Shown here in pieces: positions 18,813 to 28,700 of a stretch of DNA of 64,000 nt. The first letter of the stretch is position 1; the number at the start of each line of letters is the position of its first letter. This DNA comes from a virus. Taxonomy: Duplodnaviria > Caudoviricetes. The notes under the pieces are model-generated. The model did not search any database, was not told the DNA's origin, and saw nothing but the letters and a program-made list of their open reading frames with translations. Made by a program: the position numbers and the translations under genes. The stretch lies in the IMG/VR virus record IMGVR_UViG_3300025372_000001; one strand, written 5' to 3'.

Positions 18813-19715
18813 ATGTTAGATGAATTAAAGCCTATTTTTGAACAAATTGATAAAAACATCTTCAATGAAGATACCCTTAAACAAGTATCTGCTATCATCG
18901 AAGCAAAAGTCAATGAAAAAACCGAAGCGCGTGTACAACTAGCAGTTGAATCCGCCACTCAAACTCTTGATGAAGAAATGACAGAAAAAATGACCCATCT
19001 TGTCAAAACCATCAAAGAGAATATTGACAAAGACCACTTAACTAAAATCAAGTACGTCGTCGAACAACTTAATACTGATCATCTTGCCAAGCTTGTTACT
19101 CTTAAAGAAAATTATGAAAATCTTCTAAAGAAAACCGCTCAAGAACATAAGATGACACTTGTTGAAAGTGTTGATACTTTCCTTGAGAAATATATCGATA
19201 AGAATCTTCCTAAACAAGTTATCGAAGAAGCTGCTAAAAACAATCACGTTAAAAATCTTCTACAAGAAGCTCGTAAAGTTCTTGGCGTTGATGAAAAGTT
19301 TGTCAAAACCAATATCAAAGAAGCATTCATTGATGGTAAGAAACAAATGGATAAACTTATTCAAGAAAATACTCAATTAAAGCAATCTAAAAATAAAGAA
19401 GAAGTTCAACGTTTTCTTACAGAGAAGACTGCTAATCTTCCTACTGAACTTGCTAAATTCCTTAAAAAAGGTTTTGAAAATAAACCACTAAATGTCGTTA
19501 AAGAAAATTTCGATTATATGGTCGAAATGTATGATGTCAGAGAGAAGAAAAAGAAAACAGCTCTTCTTAATGAATCTAAACAAATTTCCAACGTTGATCG
19601 GTCCTCAATCTCCGGTGATGCACTAATAACTGAAAGTTCTTCTAAGAACAATTCCAGTACTTCTCCTCTAAATCCTTTAGAAGACATGTATCTAGACGTT
19701 CTTGCAAGAAAATAA
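18813..19715 (+). CDS. gp22: Prohead core scaffold protein gp22
   Basis: Coiled-coil, Glu/Lys-rich; VDTFLEKYI and many [ILV]xE sites; immediately upstream of gp23. Confidence 0.8.
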   Translation: MLDELKPIFEQIDKNIFNEDTLKQVSAIIEAKVNEKTEARVQLAVESATQTLDEEMTEKMTHLVKTIKENIDKDHLTKIKYVVEQLNTDHLAKLVTLKENYENLLKKTAQEHKMTLVESVDTFLEKYIDKNLPKQVIEEAAKNNHVKNLLQEARKVLGVDEKFVKTNIKEAFIDGKKQMDKLIQENTQLKQSKNKEEVQRFLTEKTANLPTELAKFLKKGFENKPLNVVKENFDYMVEMYDVREKKKKTALLNESKQISNVDRSSISGDALITESSSKNNSSTSPLNPLEDMYLDVLARK

Positions 19716-19740
19716 GCGATAAACAATAAATATAAAATAT

Positions 19741-21294
19741 ATGGTAAATCCATCCTCATCCTACGTAGACAGTGCGCCCGGTTTCATTAACAAAGATCGT
19801 GGTCGCCAATTAATTAACAAGTGGAGTAAAATCCTCGAATTCACTGATAGCCAGACACCCCCAATTAAAGGCCATCAGAACAAATTAGCAACCGCTATCA
19901 TTCTTGAAAACCAAGAACGCTCACTTAAGGAAAACGGTTTCCTTCGTCAGCAAATGGTCCAAGAAAATGGTATGGTCGCTGGTGGTGCCTTTGCTGGTAC
20001 TCCTTGGGGCGGTGGTACTCCTGGTTCCGCTCCCTCAACTAACGGTCAATACGGTAATGCCCTAAATGCTTCCGATTGGTATGCTCCTGGTGATGCTCGT
20101 CTTCCTAAGACTCTCATTCCTATGATTCGTCGTACATTCCCTGAGCTAATCTCTCATGAAATCGTCGGTGTTCAACCTATGAGCGGTCCTGTCGGTCTTG
20201 CCTTCGCCCTTCGTTATCAATACGACCAATCCCCTCTTGCATGTAGTCCTTATAATGATAAAGGCTGTACATTCGATCCTTCCAAGTTCAATCCAAGCGG
20301 ACATCCGTTTGACACCACTGGTCTAGGTTCTGGTGAAGCAGGTTATCAAAATCTATTCACTGCACACACAGGTATCACCGCTGCTGGTCTATCCGGTAAT
20401 GCTGATTTCGCTGTTCCTGCAATGGATTCCGGTGTTGCTCAACTTCTAAGCCATTTCGAAGCAAGCAGCAATATTCCTACTATGTCTCTTAAAATCGAGA
20501 AAACCGCTGTTGAAGCCGGTACTCGTAAATTAGGAACTAGCTGGTCTATCGAACTAGAACAAGACCTTATGAATATGAACGGTATTGACATTGATGCAGA
20601 AATGACCAATGTTATGTCCTACGAAATTCAGGCCGAAATTGACCGCGAAATGATCATCCGTATGATCCAAGTAGCTCTTAATGCAGGTCTAAATACCGGT
20701 TATTCTATCTGGCGTCCACAACTTGCAGATGCTCGCTGGTTTGCAGAACGTGGTGTTGACTTCTATGCCAAAATCGTTGTAGAAGCTAACCGTATGGCTA
20801 TTCGTAACCGTCGTGGTCCTGCTAACTTCATCGTTGCAACTCCAAAGGTTTGTACCATCCTTCAACTTCTTCCTGAATTCCGTCCATTCGAAATCAGTTC
20901 CAATATCCAAGTTCACCCAAATGGTGTTGCTCGCGTTGGTTCTCTCGCAGGACAATTCAATATCTATCGTGATACTCGTTCTGAAGCACAATACCTAGCC
21001 GGTGCCCGTGCAACTCAAATCGAATATGCACTACTTGGATATAAAGGAACAGAATTCTATGATACAGGTCTAGTTTATTGCCCTTATATTCCAGTTCTTG
21101 TACAGCGGACCATCAGTCCTCTTACTATGACACCAAACGTAGGTATGATGACTAGGTACGGAGTCATAGATTCCCTATGGGGGGCTAGTAATTTTTACCA
21201 TATCATTATCGTTAAGGATATTGATCGTAACCATTATACTTCCAGTCTTAGTGTTCCTACTTCTTCTCTACCTGTTTACTCAGTGTCTATCTAA
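19741..21294 (+). CDS. gp23: Major capsid protein gp23
   Basis: IPMIRRTFPELISHEIVGVQPMSGPVGLAFALR, AVEAGTRKL, EIQAEIDRE, GYKG...GLVYCPYIP, MMTRYG. Confidence 0.95.
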   Translation: MVNPSSSYVDSAPGFINKDRGRQLINKWSKILEFTDSQTPPIKGHQNKLATAIILENQERSLKENGFLRQQMVQENGMVAGGAFAGTPWGGGTPGSAPSTNGQYGNALNASDWYAPGDARLPKTLIPMIRRTFPELISHEIVGVQPMSGPVGLAFALRYQYDQSPLACSPYNDKGCTFDPSKFNPSGHPFDTTGLGSGEAGYQNLFTAHTGITAAGLSGNADFAVPAMDSGVAQLLSHFEASSNIPTMSLKIEKTAVEAGTRKLGTSWSIELEQDLMNMNGIDIDAEMTNVMSYEIQAEIDREMIIRMIQVALNAGLNTGYSIWRPQLADARWFAERGVDFYAKIVVEANRMAIRNRRGPANFIVATPKVCTILQLLPEFRPFEISSNIQVHPNGVARVGSLAGQFNIYRDTRSEAQYLAGARATQIEYALLGYKGTEFYDTGLVYCPYIPVLVQRTISPLTMTPNVGMMTRYGVIDSLWGASNFYHIIIVKDIDRNHYTSSLSVPTSSLPVYSVSI

Positions 21295-21324
21295 TAGATT
21301 AGGAGAAAGTAAAGAAAAATCCAC

Positions 21325-21356
21325 GAAAACCCGCTCTATAGAGCGGGTTTTCTTTT
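21325..21356. terminator. Rho-independent terminator between convergent genes
   Basis: GAAAACCCGCTC-TATA-GAGCGGGTTTTC followed by TTTT. Confidence 0.85.
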
Positions 21357-21357
21357 G

Positions 21358-21930
21358 TTATAATTCTATAGTTTTAAGATATGTTTCTATACTTTCATTC
21401 GTGAAATCATTGATTTTAAGGGGAAATACTTCCCATTTAGTGAGACATTTCGATGCTTTATTATGTAAAGACTGTATAATCTGTTCTCTGACAATTGAGA
21501 ACATTCGTAAATCTTCTTGATATTTTAAAAGACCTAATGAACAAAAAAACGAAGGCAGAATAACCTTTTCGGAAATAAAACCATGTGGATATAAATTAAA
21601 GGTTTCCGTAGAAGTCATATTAGTCTTATATTGCTTGAATAGCAAGTGGATTATCTGTTCATCCAATTGAATGAAATATGGGATATGAATAACATTATAT
21701 CCATTTTCTTCAAAAACTTGGTTTCTAACAATATCACGAATAACAGTAGTAGGTTGTGTATAATGCCGTGGCCCATCATATTCCACAATAAGTTTTAATT
21801 CTTCGATTAAGAAGTCCGGTAAAAATCTTTTACCATTAAACTTTAGAGTTGGCGATGAAACAGTATAATCTCTAAAACGTTCCTTTAAAAATATACCTGT
21901 TGATTCTTCTGTTAAATACTCTTCAATCAT
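21358..21930 (-). CDS. DUF559/Vsr-like PD-(D/E)XK endonuclease
   Basis: RFLPDFLIEELKLIVEYDGPRHY...RD..RN...GYNVIHIPY. Confidence 0.75.
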   Translation of the reverse strand: MIEEYLTEESTGIFLKERFRDYTVSSPTLKFNGKRFLPDFLIEELKLIVEYDGPRHYTQPTTVIRDIVRNQVFEENGYNVIHIPYFIQLDEQIIHLLFKQYKTNMTSTETFNLYPHGFISEKVILPSFFCSLGLLKYQEDLRMFSIVREQIIQSLHNKASKCLTKWEVFPLKINDFTNESIETYLKTIEL

Positions 21931-21935
21931 AGATA

Positions 21936-22268
21936 TTAATCTTCAAAGGTTTCAACTTCATCCCATACCATAATAGGTTTAACAAGGCTATAATCATATT
22001 GATGATTGTGAACTTTATGGCATTTCTCAACAAAAGCATCTTTAGACACAATCATGGCAGGAATTTCATTTGGTTCAACATCATCATATTTTTCTAACGT
22101 AATAGTTGTATGTAGAAAATCAGGAATGTCTTCTCCTTCAATATATTTGTAAAGATTAGGAGACAGTACATTTTTAGCCGCAACTAGAAATTGCTCCTTG
22201 GTGATTAAGAATGGTACAACAATACCGTCTGTAGTTTCATATGGTAGAATATTTTTATCTGTGTTCAT
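21936..22268 (-). CDS. Protein with homing-endonuclease-type DNA-binding repeat
   Basis: FVEKCHKVHNHQYDYSLV plus a degenerate copy KEQFLVAAKNVLSPNLYKY. Confidence 0.5.
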   Translation of the reverse strand: MNTDKNILPYETTDGIVVPFLITKEQFLVAAKNVLSPNLYKYIEGEDIPDFLHTTITLEKYDDVEPNEIPAMIVSKDAFVEKCHKVHNHQYDYSLVKPIMVWDEVETFED

Positions 22269-22328
22269 TTATTTTTGGGGTTTTACTAACAATGCAAGTT
22301 ACTATAAAAGGACGGCGTAAGCAACTTA

Positions 22329-22736
22329 TTAACTAACCTTTATTTTAGCTTGACCAATATTAGGAATATAAGGAGCATAAACATATCCAGGATTATCATG
22401 AACCACCGATTTATAACCTAATAAAACTTCTCCATTTTCATTCATGGGTGATCTGTAAACTTCTGTACAATTTTTAATTATTCTTTGATCAAATAAAAAC
22501 TCCTTGGGAATTCTTTCATCTATTACTTTTAATTGTTTATCATCAATAATTTCTGCTTTAATAGGAAAATCGACTATTCCTTGATCTAATAAGTAGTCTA
22601 AATTTTCAGCATGTAGATTAGTTAATAAGCGATTCCTGTATCGAATATCATTTCCTTGTGGCATGGGATATGGGCCTTTATGTAGCCATGCTAATAGTGT
22701 TTGGCAACCTTTATTAGTGATCAAATATTCTTTCAT
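22329..22736 (-). CDS. Small protein carrying a gp23 C-terminal motif
   Basis: LLGYKSVVHDNPGYVYAPYIP vs gp23 LLGYKGTEFYDTGLVYCPYIP (12/21 identical, ungapped). Confidence 0.65.
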   Translation of the reverse strand: MKEYLITNKGCQTLLAWLHKGPYPMPQGNDIRYRNRLLTNLHAENLDYLLDQGIVDFPIKAEIIDDKQLKVIDERIPKEFLFDQRIIKNCTEVYRSPMNENGEVLLGYKSVVHDNPGYVYAPYIPNIGQAKIKVS

Positions 22737-22739
22737 AAA

Positions 22740-23087
22740 TTATTCTCCTCCACTCCAAGAGCGGTTATAATCATACATTTCTTGTAAAGTGACGGGTAAA
22801 CGGTCTGCTACATGTGGAATCCGTTTCATATCATATAACAATACTGTTGTTCTATATTGTTCAATAGTTTCTTTATTTAGGATTTTATAAGCTCCTGCTC
22901 CCATTAGAGGATAAATCCATTGTAAAACTTTACCATCTTCTACAACTACTCGTATATCCCCTAAACAATTTCCTACAAAGTAACTTTTACTAGATTTATA
23001 AATATCATAAATCTTACCGTCTTTGTATGCAAATTCTTCATTTAGGGAGAATTCGTCCCAAAGGTCTTTTGTTACTTCTAATTTCAT
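22740..23087 (-). CDS. Hypothetical protein
   Basis: ORF tightly packed in the early operon. Confidence 0.65.
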   Translation of the reverse strand: MKLEVTKDLWDEFSLNEEFAYKDGKIYDIYKSSKSYFVGNCLGDIRVVVEDGKVLQWIYPLMGAGAYKILNKETIEQYRTTVLLYDMKRIPHVADRLPVTLQEMYDYNRSWSGGE

Positions 23088-23088
23088 A

Positions 23089-23433
23089 TTAACTTACTTC
23101 TGTTTGTAAAACTTCTCCAATATTTCTTTCTTCTACTACAAAATCGGGTGCAGTGAAAAGTAGATAATTTCTATAATGGTAGCCATCTTTCGTTAGATAT
23201 TCTTCAAGAGTTTGGTATTCTTTATACATATTTTCGGGCCAAGAGGGCCATTGGTATCTAATGGGAAATGTCAGGGAATCCTGTCCATTAAGTTGTTTAT
23301 TTTTGTTTTGTAAATCTTTTACATCACGAGAAATACAATATTGTTTAATATATTCTAGTGCTTCCTCTTTAGAATTAGCAAGGACATGGTATGGTGTGCA
23401 ATATCCGCCTTGATCAAATGTGTATAATTTCAT
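23089..23433 (-). CDS. Hypothetical protein
   Basis: ORF tightly packed in the early operon. Confidence 0.65.
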   Translation of the reverse strand: MKLYTFDQGGYCTPYHVLANSKEEALEYIKQYCISRDVKDLQNKNKQLNGQDSLTFPIRYQWPSWPENMYKEYQTLEEYLTKDGYHYRNYLLFTAPDFVVEERNIGEVLQTEVS

Positions 23434-23436
23434 AAA

Positions 23437-23895
23437 TTATTTCTCTACTTTCCAATTATATCTACTATCATCTACTTCTTTTTTACCATCCCACACCATT
23501 AAACCTTTATCTTTGGCCCATCTATATAAAGTGGTATTAACTTCGATACTTCCTTTACATATTGCATCATCATCACAATTGAGATATGTGGCATATGCTT
23601 TAGCCATATCTTTAATAGATGGTTCCCAATGAAAGACTTTTATAATTGCTCCTGAATTAGACTGTAAAATATAGATATATTCTTTGTCTCGTTTCCATGC
23701 CATATGATCATATCCGCACATGATAGCATTGGCGAACCATCCATAAATCCATTCTTCATCAATATCGATTTTATACATATCTTTAAAGATTTTCATGAAT
23801 TCTTTAGTCCAAATGGATGCATCCATGGTGGAATGAAGATTTATTTCTTTTTCAATTTTATCTTTACCAATACTCCAAGAGTTAATATTTTCCAT
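23437..23895 (-). CDS. Hypothetical protein
   Basis: First ORF after the TTGACA promoter. Confidence 0.7.
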   Translation of the reverse strand: MENINSWSIGKDKIEKEINLHSTMDASIWTKEFMKIFKDMYKIDIDEEWIYGWFANAIMCGYDHMAWKRDKEYIYILQSNSGAIIKVFHWEPSIKDMAKAYATYLNCDDDAICKGSIEVNTTLYRWAKDKGLMVWDGKKEVDDSRYNWKVEK

Positions 23896-23900
23896 GTCAT

Positions 23901-23929
23901 ATATTACAACAAGAAGTCCTCTTTGTCAA
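23901..23929 (-). promoter_or_regulatory. Sigma70-type early promoter TTGACA-17-TAATAT
   Basis: -35 at 23924-23929, -10 at 23901-23906, 5 nt before ATG 23895. Confidence 0.85.
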
Positions 23930-23932
23930 ACC

Positions 23933-24508
23933 TTATTTCGTTAACATGTATCTATATTTTCCTGCCAGGGGTTTACTAATCATATTCCCATAATATTCAT
24001 TCATTTCTTCTTTAGAATTTAATTGTTTTACAATTTTAACATTCTTATAATCATATTCAGCAATACTAATCTTAAATCCTTGATTGATGAAATTATCGAA
24101 ATTTGAATACCAAAATTTAAACCCTTTTTCCGTTAATGAATCATCAGAAAGAACAAAATTATATTTGTTCATAAGAAAATAAATGTAAAAATAATACATT
24201 AATCCTTTTAAATTATATTTTTTTCCGAAAGAACTTGTCATAGTGGTTATTATTCCATCTTTATATGCATCTCCTGAATAGGTTGCAATCTTTGTATTAT
24301 TCAGAACTAAACTATAAACTCTAATTTTAGAGTTGCTTAAAGAAGTATGAATATAAACACCAATCATTTCTTTCCCTACCTGAAATTCTCCTACCTTTTC
24401 ATAATTATTATATTTGTTGAAATATTGATTTTCGTCTCGATCAATTACATCGATAGGATCAATCCGTAAAGGCATTTCTAACAAAGTTATTAACTCATTA
24501 AACTTCAT
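23933..24508 (-). CDS. GNAT-like protein with capsid-targeting-like leader
   Basis: Start ATG 24508, leader MKFNELITLLE; KGLMYYFY...VLSDDSLTEKGFKFW. Confidence 0.55.
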   Translation of the reverse strand: MKFNELITLLEMPLRIDPIDVIDRDENQYFNKYNNYEKVGEFQVGKEMIGVYIHTSLSNSKIRVYSLVLNNTKIATYSGDAYKDGIITTMTSSFGKKYNLKGLMYYFYIYFLMNKYNFVLSDDSLTEKGFKFWYSNFDNFINQGFKISIAEYDYKNVKIVKQLNSKEEMNEYYGNMISKPLAGKYRYMLTK

Positions 24509-24512
24509 ATTA

Positions 24513-24857
24513 TTATTCTTCAAATGAATTGATTCTTTTAACTACTTTACCTTTTTTAGAAGGTCCGCAATAGAAATATTCTCCTGGATTAGGGGCATTA
24601 AACACTTGATCAGTGGATACTATTGCTTTAATTATAATAGAAGGTTCCTCTTCCACGGCAAAGATATGTTGAGCATGTTCCAATGCAAATCTAGGAGACA
24701 TTGTGACAAAATCCATATCTTCAAAAGTAGTTCCTGATGATTCTAATTTTGCTCTTAAAATAGTAACAAACCCATTTTTATTTCCTTGATCTTTTAAAGA
24801 TGGGCCTTTCATCCCTTCTCTACCTTCTAATAATAAACATAATTCATTAAACTTCAT
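24513..24857 (-). CDS. ADP-ribosyltransferase-fold-like protein with capsid-targeting-like leader
   Basis: Leader MKFNELCLLLE; VTILRA (R), DFVTMS..FALEH (T-x-S), NPGEYFY (E). Confidence 0.55.
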   Translation of the reverse strand: MKFNELCLLLEGREGMKGPSLKDQGNKNGFVTILRAKLESSGTTFEDMDFVTMSPRFALEHAQHIFAVEEEPSIIIKAIVSTDQVFNAPNPGEYFYCGPSKKGKVVKRINSFEE

Positions 24858-24871
24858 TATATTATTTATCC

Positions 24872-25399
24872 TTATATATCAACCACAATATTATTAGCTT
24901 CTTTGATTTTCTGTTGTGCTTTTTGTTTATCTTCTGGAGAACCAAACATACTTGCAAAGACTTGATCCCTTGTTGCCAGAATGAAGTTATTAGTAACTGG
25001 TCCACCTTCTCCATTACCTAATTCAGGAAGTTTATTTGCCATACCTTTTTCCTTAAGGTCTAAATCTCTAGTTTTTAATTCTTTAGCTTGATCCATTTTT
25101 CTCTTCTCAATAACCACATTAACCATATTTTTAAATAGTTCGGATTGACTTTTAATGATGGAAGAATGGGCTTCAATATATTCAGCCGTTCCTACTTGAT
25201 TAACTAGGTCTTTGGTTTGCTCTAATACTTCGCCATTAGAATTAATTGTTTCCATAAGTTTCCCCATGACAAATTTATATACATTTTCATCAGTTAAATC
25301 TTGAATAGGAACTTGTTTAACTTCTTTGATGGTTTCTTTAACAGTGCTTAGAGAAGCTAAAACATCATCTAAATCGGGTTGATCTTGGGCATTAATCAT
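24872..25399 (-). CDS. gp16: Terminase small subunit gp16-like
   Basis: Helical core plus C-terminal VTNNFILATRDQV strand pattern. Confidence 0.5.
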   Translation of the reverse strand: MINAQDQPDLDDVLASLSTVKETIKEVKQVPIQDLTDENVYKFVMGKLMETINSNGEVLEQTKDLVNQVGTAEYIEAHSSIIKSQSELFKNMVNVVIEKRKMDQAKELKTRDLDLKEKGMANKLPELGNGEGGPVTNNFILATRDQVFASMFGSPEDKQKAQQKIKEANNIVVDI

Positions 25400-25404
25400 A
25401 TCTA

Positions 25405-25441
25405 TATTTAGAAATTTAATAAAAACTATTCAATATAAATA
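25405..25441. promoter_or_regulatory. Divergent late promoter boxes
   Basis: TATTTA 25405-25410 (minus) and TATAAATA 25434-25441 (plus). Confidence 0.7.
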
Positions 25442-25448
25442 ATAACAT

Positions 25449-25706
25449 ATGGAATCTCCTGATTTAGAAAACTTATATGAAGCATTATTAGCACCCGCTA
25501 AAGACCCTAAACAAATTGTTCATGAATATGCTGTTAAAGCTAATGGTGCTCTTGCATCAGCATTATTATCTATTCAACAAATAAGAACAGCATTATATTC
25601 GATCAATGATACTGAACAATTACAAACCAAATTCCAAGAATATGATGCCGATATTAAGGATGTTCAAATGGGATTAGAGAATTATATATTAAAATATTTT
25701 AAATAA
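25449..25706 (+). CDS. Helical hypothetical protein with leader (DLENLYE)
   Basis: ORF after TATAAATA. Confidence 0.7.
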   Translation: MESPDLENLYEALLAPAKDPKQIVHEYAVKANGALASALLSIQQIRTALYSINDTEQLQTKFQEYDADIKDVQMGLENYILKYFK

Positions 25707-25716
25707 ATTTAGATAA

Positions 25717-25750
25717 TAAAAAAGCCGGTCAAATTAATGACCGGCTTTTT
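25717..25750. terminator. Bidirectional rho-independent terminator
   Basis: AAAAAGCCGGTC-aaattaat-GACCGGCTTTTT between convergent genes. Confidence 0.85.
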
Positions 25751-25761
25751 CGTTTTATTCT

Positions 25762-28700
25762 TTAGAATATGTTATTGAGAGTAACGCCTGTGCGATTAAC
25801 CACAATGTCTGCCAGAATCATCTTGATAGTTCTTGTTGGTTGAACATAAACGGCAACATTGAGTAGACCTTGATCAATACTATCAGCAGTGTTGTTACGT
25901 TCATCACAAACAATATCAAAGCCATATAGACCTGCATTATCTGTCATGAATTGAAGCACAGGAGATAGTTTATTCTTAACTCTTGTGCGAGTAATAACAG
26001 TATTTGGTTGACCAATGAACTCACGTAGATTTGCTTGAATAGAATTACCAAGCCATAGTAAGCCGCGACGAATATAGTTTTCTTGTAATGCACTTGGCTC
26101 TTTTTGAAGAGTTAATGTGTTATAAACAATGTAACCAGTATTAGGGAACTTAACAATAGGATTAAGTCCAACTTTAGCAATTAAATCAAGTTCGCGTTGA
26201 TTTGGATTGATGGCAGTATCAACGATATTAGCAAGAGCACCATTCTGAACACCTAAAGGAGCAGTCCAAGGGAATAAGTTTCTGTCATTAGAAGCATATA
26301 AGGCTGCTTTATAAGCAGAAGGACCGAACCAAGTATAGGAATCAGTATTGGCATCATATCCTTTAATCCAGTTAGCATGACTTTCTGAATAATTAGAATC
26401 TGTACCAGAATAGAGATTACGAAGAGGTGCCCAAATGTTACGACTAAATGAAGTATATTGATCAGACACTAATCCTGTCTTAGGATCAATAGTTAAGGTT
26501 TTTTGACGATTAACTACTTTATAATCCTTGCCATTTACGAAGATTTGACGAAGAGGGTCTTGGATATGTAAATGTCCAACTCCACCATTTGCCTTACGTG
26601 TGTAACGAGCAAAAGTATCAAAGATATTATAGATAGTTTGCCATGCATCCGCAAGGGGAGAACTCATTGAGGTTCCGTCATAAGGAGACAATGAACTAGT
26701 ATCAACATAATAAGAGTCATCATAGTTGTAGCAAATACCTGTATTAGTGATACATGCATCATTAGAAACTGCTTGTCTTGTTGCCCATACAGTGGATAGA
26801 CCATTATCAATAGTAATATCAATTGGATAATCTAATGGATTTTCAACATTGGTTAAAGCACGTTGAAGTTTGGCAGGAAGATTACCAATATCCTTTTTCT
26901 GACAAAGAGTATATTGGGCATTACTGCAATTACTATTATATGCACCTAGACCGTAGAGACTGTCGCCGTAGTTAGCAAGAGCAGCTTGAGCATCAAAGTT
27001 ATTAAATACGTCTCCGGTGCGAGCATTGTACATTCTAACAGTCTTTTGAGGAAGACCGGTAGAATCAGTCCAGCAATTATTCTGAGAGAGATAAGGATTA
27101 ACTAATACTTGAAGATAATTGCTATTTGCAACAGAGTTCTCAAGGAAGTAGGAACGCGGAGGACCACCATACGGATCATTTAGCTTACGAGCAGCATTAA
27201 GAGAACCAGTATATTGTTCTAGTTTAATCTGATCAAGTTTATTGATAGTTTGAGTAAGCTGAGTAGGACGAAGTTTGAATAAGGTTACAATGAGAGAATC
27301 ATTATAGTTAGGAGTACCAAAGTCAACTCCACCCCCATTTTCAACAATATCAGAGATTGAACCACCTGCTCCATTGAAAGGAGAAGTGGTTTGGAAATTC
27401 CATCTTTCAGAAGGAACTGCTACCCAATTACCCGAAACACCGGGACAAGTTTGTTGGTAATAACCAGCAACACCTGTAATAGAATTAAAATCAGTTGAAG
27501 GATTTACATTTAGATTATCATTAATTGCAAGATAGTATCCACTGAAATCATCTAATTGAGCAGTCTTTGCCTTATTAATAACGATTAATCCGGCTTGCAC
27601 ATTATTATTATTAATGTCAAGAGTAGGAGTTACATTGTCATAAACACCGCATTTCCAATTGAATTGTTCATTTTGTAAAAGACTGTATTCAGTGGCATTA
27701 AGTGTTTGGCTAATAGGTTCACCAAGTACATAGAAGTTGGCATCATTTAATTGAGCATCGCCCGCAACTGGATAGAAGTGATAACGATCTTGTTCAGGAA
27801 CTTGAAGATTAAGAGATGTAATAGTTTGGCAAGAAAGACCTGCTTCAACAGGAACACCGCAGAAGGAAATCAATAGATCAGTATTTGCAGTCTGAACAGC
27901 AGTAGTAACCACATTGAATGTAGAACTAGGTGTTAGGGATGCAAGATTAGTGATACTAGTTTGATAAGAAGCAGCAATACCAGGACTTACATTGAAATAC
28001 TTAAGAACAGGATTTCCTGCCATTGAATAAGTTCCGAATACATCACCTGCACTTACGTATAAACCACTAAGAGTTTGACCGGAAAGTAAACCACTAGTAA
28101 CATTGAATTTTCTTGCAAATGTAGTATTGGTAAGATCAACAATAAGACGTTTACCATCATTAGATAGATGGCTTTGATCTTCGTCCATATTTGTATAGAT
28201 GGAAGAAAGGGCAAAACTAGTGACTACAGAATAAGAAGTATTGAAACCACTTTGGGAAGGACGAAGTTGAAAAACCTTAAGGTCTTCATGAATTGAATCA
28301 GAGTCAACTACAAATTTAAATCCAGTTACAATGGAATCATATTGAATAGGATGATTATGAATATAGAGACGACCTGCATTTTCATCTTGAGAGTTTAGAG
28401 AACATTCAAGGTTAGCAGAACCATAGCAAATAGAAGGACTTACGAAATATGCATCATAGAGCCAAGGGAAATTGGTTTGACAAGTATTTTCATCAATATT
28501 GCGGAAATAATCACACGGATTAACTTCGACGGCAGAAACACCAACTACAGGGAAAATTAGGGCATTGACAGAATCAGCATAACCGATACCTGCTCCAGAA
28601 CCATAAGGCATACGAGTGAAAGTCACTGATGCATTAGAAGTATTAAGAATTTGTGTTACTGCATTATAAGTGTATTTCTCCGCAGCAGTTTGTGGTAAAC

